Source: Chiloscyllium plagiosum
Lineage: Eukaryota
Direction: 5' to 3'
Assembly: GCF_004010195.1 (NCBI RefSeq)
Contig: NC_057752.1
Location: 8,889,478-8,937,834, forward strand
Length of the DNA stretch: 48,357 nt
In this document: positions 24,721 to 34,170 of the stretch, piece after piece
Layout of the letters: each line of letters starts with the position of its first letter
Numbering within the stretch: the stretch's first letter is position 1
Made by a program: the position numbers and the translations under genes
The notes under the pieces: generated by a model
Seen by the model: only the letters and a program-made list of their open reading frames with translations
What the model was told of the DNA's origin: nothing
Databases searched by the model: none

Positions 24721-25559
24721 GTCCATCTCCAACAAAAGAGTATCGAGCTATCAGAAACTGACCTGGATGGCCATATAAATATAGTAGCTACAACAGCAGG
24801 TCAGAGTCTCAGAGTTCTGTAGCAGGTGACTCCCCCAAAGACTGGCCACCATCTACAAGGCAGGCATATGATGGAATACTCTCCACTTGTCTGGATGAGT
24901 ACATCTCCAGCTCAAGAACCTTGACATCATGTAGGGCAAAGCAGCCCACTTGATTGATTGGCACCACATCCATTCCCTCCACTACCAATATTCAATGTTA
25001 GCATTGTGTCTGATCTACAAGATATGTTGCAGAAATTCACTAAGGCTCCTTAGACAGCCTTCCAAACCCATGACCGCTTCCATCTCAAACAACAAGGACA
25101 GCAGATGCTTGGGAACACCACCACCTGCAAGGTCCGCTCGAAGCTACTCACCATGTGACTTGGAAATATGTCTTAGTTCCTTCAGTGTCACTAGGTTAAA
25201 ATGCTGGAATGCTTGCCCTAACCATGGGTACACCTTCACCAAGTGGACTGCAGTTATTCACCACCACCTCCTTAAAGGCAGCTTTATGTGCAATCATGTG
25301 CACATAAAGCTGATCCAGCCAGTGATGCCCTCTATACAAAATGTGTTCTTAAAAACAAATTTCTCTCATGTTGGAAATTTGTATGGGCATCCCTTCAGAA
25401 AAAGATTTCGATATCTTGGGCAAAACATACTCTGATTGTACTATCTTTCTTTAGCATACATGTAACAGAACTGCACTAGTCTGTGTGCTGCTGTACAAGC
25501 CAAGTAATGCCATTATGACCTATATTGTCCAGTTCATGCTTGAGCTTCTCTTATATATG

Positions 25560-27320
25560 AATGCTGTATTTTTGAGAAAGTTAATTGATAAAATCGCATC
25601 TTTCCGAGATGCAATGTAGTATTTCCTTTGAAATTTCCTACAACATTAAATTCAGTCCGAGTACAATAGTTGCAAGTCCTGGGCTGATTCCATGCTATTA
25701 TTCTTGTTCTCTTCTGTTATAATTTTTACTTTTATGATTTTATGAATGGTCACAATATTGAGATTCATGCAAACGTGTAATCCTGCTATTGTTGGTTCAC
25801 TCATGTCCACCAGTCAGTATGCTTATCGCTTCCATGTAAAATTGTCATAACCTCATTTCATCAACAATGCACCAGTGCAAGGGATGGGTGTGCCATTATA
25901 TACAGTTGATTTTGCTGTCAGAGGTTTATCATTGATTTCCATCCATACAGGTCCATATTCGTCAGGATTCTGACTGGTCGGATGTTTGCATTTGCTCCGG
26001 TGTCTATTTTATTACTGACTTTTTTTGCCCCACACACATTTTCTGAGAGTGTATGATGTTAATCGTGGCACAACCTTCTTATTGTTTGACTTTGTCCTTG
26101 TAATGTGTGACATTCACAACGTGTTTGCCTTCCGTTCTGAATCTTCACCCTGGTCTGTCTTTCTGCTTTGTGCTTGAACTTCTGCAGATCTCTGAGATAC
26201 TCCCTGTTGTTGTTGCCTGCAAGGTGCACGTCTTTTTGTTTGCTTGTATCCTATTATGACTTCTGGCTGTATCTTTGGAACCAGAGTTCTGGCATAGGCA
26301 AGCCCAGTGTCCTTTTCACCACATGATGTGCAAAGACCTCGAAATGCAGGACAGCTTCACAGAGACAGCAACAGATCACACTTCCCACATGAGCTGCTTG
26401 CTTTCTGCATTCTGGCTACTTGCCAATACTGGTTACTTGCAGTTGATGTTGTCAGGTTGCATTGGCTTCATGTTTTCTGTCATCTTTAAGCAGTGTGTTA
26501 TGTCCTTTTTCTTTAAGAGGTAGTTTTGGAAAATTTTTGATAAGCTGTAACCATTATCCACTGAGACAGTGATTGCCCTTGCCATGGCACTACTAACAAA
26601 CTGACTAATTGATTATGGTGGCTGTTATCAAACGAGAGATCAGCTCTGGATAGCGAATTCTGAAGTTTAGTTTCACACTGATTTTCCAGTATTTTCCATT
26701 GTTTACCAGGATCTCAGTGATCCTCTTAAGATGAACCTGAAGTGTTGACGCTGTGTAGTCCCTTGTTTCCAATGGCTATATTTATTTTCACTGCTTTCTT
26801 CTCTAATTCTGCAACAACTCAATCTAAAAAGCAAAGCCCCATCCTTTATGTAGAGAACTGAAATTTAAATAAGACCTTTTATGGTTTTCCAATTTATGTA
26901 AGAGAATTTGGTCATATTTCTGATTTACCTTTTCTTTAGCAAATGCTATTAATGTCTGGGAGATTTGTAGTAGTCTCACTGATACGCTGTGCAGAGATTC
27001 AGCAATACAGCTACTGTATTTCATTTAATATTTTAAAAATTCTGCCTTGAGTTTTCAAATTGTTTTTTCTGAGCTTTTTTCATATTGTGTGCTTTATTTT
27101 CCTTTTTGCACAAGCACACCTGAGGTTGTCTTTATCGAATTCTATGCTTGAAAAGGTGCTCAAATCAGGGACTCATTGTTCCTGTATTGTTCTTTTTCTT
27201 TTCTGGAGTCTCATTGCAGATGTAACACTTTCAAGTCTTGTCTGAATTCTTCTTCTGTGGTTTTCAAGCTTGCATACTATTGTTGTTTTTGAAAAGTCAT
27301 TGCTGATCACCATGTTGCAT
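25560..27320 (-). mobile_element. Decayed Gypsy/Ty3 LTR retrotransposon, gag-protease relic
   Basis: Minus strand: zinc knuckle CTSCGEK/GHWACLC with a 1-nt frameshift (26292-26332), protease KIDTGANANI (25981-26010) followed by YNGTPIPCTG; caaca-TGGtgatcagc near 27302-27318 resembles an LTR end plus PBS. Confidence 0.65.
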
Positions 27321-27344
27321 CTTTTTGCACAATCAGTAAACAAC

Positions 27345-27440
27345 TCCTGATGAAGGGCTTATACCCAAAACATCGATTCCCCTGCTTCTCGGATGCTGCC
27401 TGACCGGCTGTGCTTTTCCAGCACCACACTCTTTGAAACT
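27345..27440 (+). mobile_element. Penelope pLTR fragment with mutated hammerhead
   Basis: CTGATGA-AGGGC-TTAT-ACCC-AAAAC-ATC, then the pLTR tract. Confidence 0.75.
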
Positions 27441-27987
27441 CCCATCCCAGCTGTATTTGGTCCTGCTTCTCCACAGCCCAGCTCCAATCTCAAACTTATA
27501 ATTTGGATGGGAAAGTGGGCAGATGGATAAGTGAAATAGGGATGCGTCTTTATCACTGACTGGAGTGATGTTTTAAAACCTTATGACAATTTAACCAAAA
27601 TTTGAAACTGCTAAATGAGCTCAGCTTTGTTGATGATATAACTGATCCCTGTTAAGAGAATATAAACACTGCCCCAAAGAGAATTTAAAATATTTTGTTG
27701 TCAATATGCTTCAGTAATCCAACTGCTGAGAGTTTAACTGAACTACCATTTTATAATTTAAAACTCTTTTAAAACAATCAAAATCAGGTTAAGCAGCCCC
27801 TGACTGGGTAGTTAAAGGCAGCCTGGTTATTAGACGGGCTTCAGGTGGCTAACCTATAAAGCTTTTGTATGTTTTGATCAGATTATATTCTGTCACAACT
27901 TTTTCATGCTTATAAACTAGTAGCCTTGAAATTTTCAATAAACACACCCCAACAAAGCCCAACTACTGATAGCTATGCTTTAACAGC

Positions 27988-28420
27988 CTCATACAGTATG
28001 GAAACAGACCCTTCGGTCCAACCTGTCCATGCTGACCATAATCCTAAACTAGTCTCACTTGCTTGCGCTTGGCCCTATCCCTCCAAACACTACTTACTCG
28101 TACTTATCCAAGTGTTGTAACTGTACCCGCATTCACGACTTCCTCTGGAAGTTCACTCCACACACGAGCCACTCTCTGTGTAAAAAGGTCTTTTTAAATC
28201 TTTCTCTTCTCATCCTAAAAATATGTTCCCTCATCTTGAAATCCTCCACCCTATCTATGCTCCTCATGATTTTATAAATCTCTTTAAGGTCACCCCTCAA
28301 CCTCCGACACTCCAGTCGAAAAAGTCCCAGCCTCTCCTTATAACTCAAACCTTCCATTTCTGGCAACATCCTAATAGGTCTTTACTGAACTCTCTCTCCA
28401 GCTCGATAAAATCCTCTCTG
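27988..28420 (-). mobile_element. CR1 3' fragment with deletions
   Basis: ORF 28133-28369 MEGLSYKERL...RRLRGDL.EIYKIM. Confidence 0.85.
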
Positions 28421-29050
28421 GTATCTTACCCAACGTGTACTCTTGTGACTGTTGATGGGCTGTTCTACGGTGGACAGCATTATGCTCAAATCAGTTCTCT
28501 CTCTGTCAGTATAAAGACACGTTCCAATTTGAATTCTTGCGCAGTGATGAGAAATTTATTCCAAACCCCCCCCCAAACTCCCGCAAGTTCCCAGCCAGTA
28601 TCCCCAGCTCAGGGATCCTGGACTCTGAGGCCAATTGCTGCGCTCTAACTGCTGTATCAAAGTAAATTCAGTCAATAGCAGAGCAAGGCTTGAATTGTGG
28701 AACATCTAGTCTGCATAGCTCTGCACTGTGGTGCATGGTACTGTATTCACTGGGCCATTGATGGATTTGGCAACTCTTGGTTGCAAACATATAGAAAAAT
28801 TACTTATGATCATATTGATGTGCCACAGTGCTTGGTTTTAATGTTGCATTGAAAATTAACGGCCTCTTTCTTTCGTCTCAGTTATGTGCCTGATTGCCAT
28901 TGCATGTTGAAGTAGCTACAATTCAAGAAGTGGTGAAGTTTACACATAACCATCTGCTATCCACTCTTTTTTTATTTTAATTGTGATGCTCAATAACCAG
29001 AATGTCGTAGCTATTATTTTGAATAATGTCTGTCTTGAATGTACTGGAGT

Positions 29051-29150
29051 CTATGAAGGGCTCCTGCCCAAAAAGTCGATTTTCCTGCTCCTCAGATGCT
29101 GCCTGACCTGCTGTGATTATCCAGCACCACTCTAATCTAGATTCTAATTT
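29051..29150 (+). mobile_element. Penelope pLTR fragment abutting a GALNT6 splice acceptor
   Basis: atgaagggctcctgcccaaaaagtcgattttcctgctcctcagatgctgcctgacctgctgtg...ccagcaccactctaatctag. Confidence 0.78.
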
Positions 29151-29156
29151 TTCCAG

Positions 29157-29306
29157 ACTATTTAAAAGAACAACTGGATGAATATGTAAAGCAGTTCCGG
29201 ATAGTGAAGGTTGTCCGACAAGTGGAAAGGAAGGGATTGATAACTGCGAGGCTCCTGGGGGCTAGTGTCGCCACTGGAGAAGTGCTGACTTTTCTTGATG
29301 CTCACT
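29157..29306 (+). CDS. GALNT6: GALNT6 coding exon 3 (150 nt), carries the DxH metal-binding motif; absent from ORF track
   Basis: ttccag|[52 protein letters not shown]|gttaagt. Confidence 0.95.
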
Positions 29307-29509
29307 GTTAAGTATATTCATACGTTTCTCTCATGTATCAAATGGGTAATCGTGCAATGAAACATAAGCAGTTTTTCTGCCTAGACAAACTAGAAAATGA
29401 ATATAAACCCTTGCAAGTTGTCTTCTGGCTAAAAAGGATGCTATTCTTACTTTTTTTTAAAAAAAGTCCTGCATCCTGAATTTTGTGATTGGTTTTATTA
29501 AAACTAGCC

Positions 29510-29670
29510 ATTTATACTGTCCCATTTACATCCATCGGATGACCCAAATGCTTCACAGTCAATGCATGTTGTTTGAAGTGTAATTACTTTGTATTGTAGG
29601 AAATTGTAGCAGCTAATTCACGTGGAGGAAGTTCCCACAAACACCAATGACATAAATGATCAAAATCACA
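29510..29670 (-). mobile_element. DeuSINE (SacSINE1/AmnSINE1-like) fragment
   Basis: Reverse complement gives gtgggaact...aattagctgc..tttcctacaatacaaag...acacttcaaa...ttgactgtgaagcatttggg. Confidence 0.65.
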
Positions 29671-30619
29671 ATTCTGCCAATCGTGTCCTTGGAGTGATCC
29701 ATGAACTGTGAATTGTATAAGCTCATTTAGAGCCCCTTTTTTAAGTTTTTCAGTGTTTCAGTTTTAAAATAACAAGCAGCACACATTTATTCTTTTTAAA
29801 CAAGATAAAAGGTTAATTTATTATTTCACTATTGCTGACAGTTATCCAAGTAAAGGATGGTAAAGTTATTAGTTAAAATGCAGTCACAGATTTGAAGTAA
29901 GGAAGGATAAAAGTAGGTTCAGTGCAGCAGTCCTTTGGCTAATTTGCCTTCCTCATTTCCCTATTGAGACGTCTCTGTCATGATTTCTGCATACAAAATG
30001 GTCACTCACAGCCTGCCTTGCACAGATCAAAACATAAAACGGTTGTTGTCCCAATACTTGTGAATCATATCTTCCATGTTAAATACTGGGTTGCCTAGGC
30101 CTGGGGCATAATCATTGTCTTTTAGCCATCGTGATTAAATTTTAACTGTCTCAGCCCTAAGTTTAGGTGGCTCTCATTGTCAGATTGTGATGAGCTAGAA
30201 AGTGCTATTCACATCTCCATGGGAGCCACTGTTAATAGGGGTTTCTGTTAACCCTTGAATATGTTCATTTGAATTTCAAAAAGTATCTCTGATTTGCTCC
30301 TGAGGTAAGTAATCTAGTCGCATGCCAGCATAATTTGTAATTGTGGTCCTGCCTTCTGGAAGCCATTTTTTACAAACTATCAAGTTGATATATTCAATCC
30401 CTGACCCAATCTCTCTACATGAGAGAAAGGTTAATGAAGAAAGGCCAATCAAAGCTCCTCTGCTGCCCTAATATAACTCCTGATTCTCATAAAGCTTGAC
30501 ATAACACTCCAACATTATCAACATCAGATCAGACAGAAATATGACACAAAAGAATAGAGCTTGGGAAGCAAGATAGATTTCTACATCACAAATAGATAGC
30601 AAGATAGATTTCTACACCA

Positions 30620-30850
30620 TCTGATCTCCAGTATCTGCAGTCCTCACCTTCTCCTAGTTCCTTTTAGCCTTACTACGAAGCCTCTTCCAAGGATGCCGAC
30701 CTTGAAGAAGTTCTCCTCTCACATTCCTGATGAAGGGCTTATGCCCGAAACATCGATTCTCCTTCCCCTCGGATGCTGCCTGACCTGCTGTGCTTTTCCA
30801 GCGCCACACTCTCAACTCTAATCTCCAGCATCTGCAATCCTCACCGTCTA
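30620..30850 (+). mobile_element. Permuted or tandem Penelope pLTR with near-intact hammerhead (30727-30754)
   Basis: CTGATGA-AGGGC-TTAT-GCCC-GAAAC-ATC; 23/25 terminal redundancy at 30624-30648 and 30821-30845. Confidence 0.8.
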
Positions 30851-31324
30851 CTACTTCCACATCGTAAAGTTTGAATAAACCAGTGTCAGTTCTATACATT
30901 TGCTTCTTCAAAGCAAAGACCTGGAACATGAATTTGATCATCAGTTCTAAAGTTTGAAACAGAATGGTCGATAATTTTCAAAACATTGTGGAGGTCAAGA
31001 AGCATATGCTGTCAGTGAAAGCAACTGAAAATGGTACATAACAGTAGTACATGGAGCATTTCAAGGAAGATGGTACACTGTAGTCTGTCTGGGATCAGCT
31101 GTTTGTCAGTTCTGTATGAAAGCCATTCTGCAATTGAAAGTAAGCTAATGCTGGATAAATCCTTGTAATTACCAGCCAATCACTAGGGCCCACCTGAGAA
31201 GAGTTGAGGACTTTCTTAGCAAAACTGGTGAGTGAAGTAGCAAGTAATAGTGGATTGAAATCGAACAATTTTTGCACATCAGGACAAGCCAACAATTTGG
31301 AGACCATTTGTGAAGCACTTTGGG

Positions 31325-31545
31325 ACAGAGAGTTATACAGCATGGAAACAGACCCTTCGATCCAAACAGTCCATGCCGACCATAATCCCAAACTGAACTA
31401 GTCCCACCTGCCTGCACTTGGCCAATATCCCTCCAAACCTTTCTTATTCATGTACTGATCTAAATGTCTTTTTAAATGTTGTAACTGTGTCCACATCCAC
31501 CACTTGCTCTAGAAGTTCATTCCACACATGATCTACTGTGTAAAA
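31325..31545 (-). mobile_element. CR1 3' fragment
   Basis: cagcatggaaacagacccttcg...cattccacac. Confidence 0.85.
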
Positions 31546-32520
31546 TAACGTCTTGAATGTTGTGAAAGATATTATGTAAATTAAAAATATTTCTTCCCCC
31601 TTTCTTGTCTCTCTCCCCTCGCTGACTAGGAATTTCCACAAAGGCTGAGTTTAAATTGGTATCGATCCCAATCTTTAATTCGTGGTAAATTCCTAATAGC
31701 TTTGGGAAGGTAATAACTGGAAGGAGGAATGAGCTGAATAGCTGTAAGAAACAATCTTCCAGGGAGGGTGGATTTGCCAAGGCCTGGGAGTAAGTTACCA
31801 GCCTACCCCACTGGCTTAAGGAGCGTGAGAAAACTACTTCATAATTGGAAAACTGTAACTAAATTCCAGTTTAATTTTAGTTCATTCCAATTTCTCTGAA
31901 GTGTGGCTGTTTTGTTACTTAAATAGAAATAGAATTCTGAATTTGTTCAAAATACCAGCTGCAATTTATTTCAAGCTGAACAAATGAACACTTGTTAACA
32001 GACACAACCCATTACTGAATTTCATACACTTCTTTCAAGTTTAAAAAAAAACGGATTTAGTTTTGGGAGTCCAGCCTATGTGAAGTTTACATTTCTTTCC
32101 TGAAGAGGTCTCAAATTTGATGTGTGATCTATGTATCTGTCAATATAGTCAATTTACATCCTTCTTTAAAATTTACATCAGTTAGTCAAACAACTGAATT
32201 TCACACTAGTGTATTGTGGCCAAACTGGTTTGATTTATTTCCTTTCAGTTGTTTTCTCCATGTAACGCATTCTAGAAATGTCCTTGCTGTTTTGTGGCCC
32301 CACTGCGAAAACATTCTGCTAATATTTTTCCCTTTGTCCTAAAGGGAATACAGGGATTTGTAGTGGAATACAGATCCGTGATTGCTTTCAGCATTTCATT
32401 ACCTCATTCAAATAGCCAGTTTTTAAAAAGATATATAAATGAGCCTGAACAGTGATCATCACAGAGCCATTTGCCCATGTATTGTCTCACTTTGTGTTTC
32501 AAGTTGTCAGATTGCTCACT

Positions 32521-33535
32521 GCGTTTTGTCACCGTGCTAGGTAACATCATCATCCTCCGGTGAAGCGTCGATGTTCTGTCCCGCTTGCTATTTATGTGTC
32601 TCAGTTTGTTGTAGTGGGTGATATAATTTCCGGTACTGTTTCCGAGAGGTTGGTGATTGGGGTGCAGATTTATATATGGAGTTCTGGTTTGAATGCCAGG
32701 ACTCTAGGAATTCCTGTGTGTGTCTTTTTTGGCTTGTCCAAAGATGGTTGCATTGTCCCATTGAACTGGTGTCCCTCTTCGCCTGTCTGTATGGATAGTA
32801 GTGATAGTTGATCATGTCTTTTGGTGGCTAGGTGGTGCTCATGTATCCTGGTGGCTAGTTTTCTGTCCGTTTGTCCAATATAATGTTAGTTGCAGTCATT
32901 GCAGAGTATTTTGTATATTATGTTTGTTCTGCTGGCTGTGGGTACGGGGTCCTTCAAATTCATCAGTAGCTGTTTCAGTGTGGTGGTAGGTTTGTGAGCT
33001 ACCATGATGCCTAGGGGCCAGAGTAGTCTGGTGGTCATTTCTGAAATGTCTTTGATATACGGTAAGGTGGCTAGAGTCTCTGGGCGTGTTGTCTTCCTGT
33101 TTTGGTATGTTGTGCAGGAATCGGTGGACTGCGCATATCGGGTAACCGTTATTCCTGAATATGTTGTATAGGTGTTTCTCCTTGGCTTCTCATGGTTCCG
33201 GGGTGCTGCAATGTGTTGTGGCTCTGAGGGACACCAATTGGACTGGGACAATACATCCATTCTGGAACAGGCCAAACAAAGAAGACATGTGTGGGAATAA
33301 CTAGAGGCCTGGCATTCAAACTCCATTAACAAACATATAGATCTGGAGCCCATTTACCAACCTCTCAGAAACAGAACCAGAAATTATATCACCCACTAGA
33401 ACAAGCCAAGACACACACATAGCAGGCGGGACAGAACACCAATGCTTCACTGGAGACTCACTGATGATGTCACCTAGCATGGTGATGGAACGTCTGAGAA
33501 CAAACCCACCAGCTCAGCGACATGAGCTACAAACC
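32521..33535 (-). mobile_element. Penelope-like element (Poseidon-type): GIY-YIG region on minus strand plus an inverted copy of its 3' end on plus strand
   Basis: LATLPYIKDISEMTTRLL...VAHKP...LKDPVP...TNIIYKILCNDC..HYIGQT; 32521-32778 is inverted at about 33226-33492. Confidence 0.88.
33457..33498 (+). ncRNA. Hammerhead motif of the Poseidon-type family, one core substitution
   Basis: ctca-CTGATGA-T-GTCACC-tagcat-GGTGAT-GGAAC-GTC-tgag; stem I ctca/tgag pairs; GAAA changed to GGAA. Confidence 0.7.
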
Positions 33536-33935
33536 TTCTCCAAGACCTCCAGCATCACTGTGTGTTATAGCTGAGCTTGACTTTTATCAGAATTGAACCG
33601 AAGAATTGAAAGTTCAGGGTGGTCAAAATGTGGAACTAATTGTCTTAAAAGGGCAAAAGCTATTGAGGTGTTTAAAAGGAAACTGCAAACCTACCTCAGA
33701 AGTGAAGTGATTGTAAGTAAAGACTAGGGATTAAGGTTATGGAGATGAGAGTTCCTGTGTTTAAACAAAGATGGCAAAGTAGGCTGGTTGTCCAGATTGC
33801 CTGTTTCTGTACTACTCTACCCCCGCGGGATGAGGCAAATTGAACCACTGCTTGTTGGGAATGAAGATTGGAACATTATTTTTTTCTCAAGCTCTAACAG
33901 AAACCTTGGCTTTTTCTATTCTCTTAAATATTTAG

Positions 33936-34170
33936 GTGAGTGCTTCAATGGCTGGCTGGAACCTTTGCTGGGAAGAATAGCTGAAAATTACACAGCTGTG
34001 GTAAGCCCTGACATCACTACCATTGACCTCAATACCTTTGAGGTATCCAAACCTGTCCAGTATGGAAGGCAGCACAATCGAGGTAACTTTGACTGGAGTT
34101 TGTCATTTGGCTGGGAGGCAATTCCACCTCATGAGATAGAAAGAAGAAAAGATGAAACCTATCCAATCAA
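33936..34170 (+). CDS. GALNT6: GALNT6 coding exon 4 (235 nt)
   Basis: tttag|[37 protein letters not shown]...[13 protein letters not shown]...[11 protein letters not shown]|gtgagt. Confidence 0.95.

Larger units (their letters stand above)
21750..25335 (+). mobile_element. Decayed CR1-clade LINE with tRNA/SINE-like head, interrupted by CR1 inserts
   Basis: RT motifs SLLSIISKVMEGII, QIGF, ALDIKA.., catcaatgatct, ttcgccaatga; C-terminal atggaatactctccact; head at 21755-21925 resumes at about 22457. Confidence 0.65.

Noticed and set aside
28440..28760. Old tRNA-type SINE on the minus strand, with a possible sister at about 9400-9580 (+)
   Set aside because: Resemblance too decayed to support boundaries or a family without alignment.
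1924..30850. Recurring tgaagggctt.tgcccgaaac motif as a CRISPR-like repeat
   Set aside because: Dispersed and irregularly spaced in a eukaryotic genome; explained by Penelope pLTRs.
33788..33935. N-terminal extension of ORF 33788-34174
   Set aside because: Intronic read-through upstream of the acceptor; no GALNT similarity.
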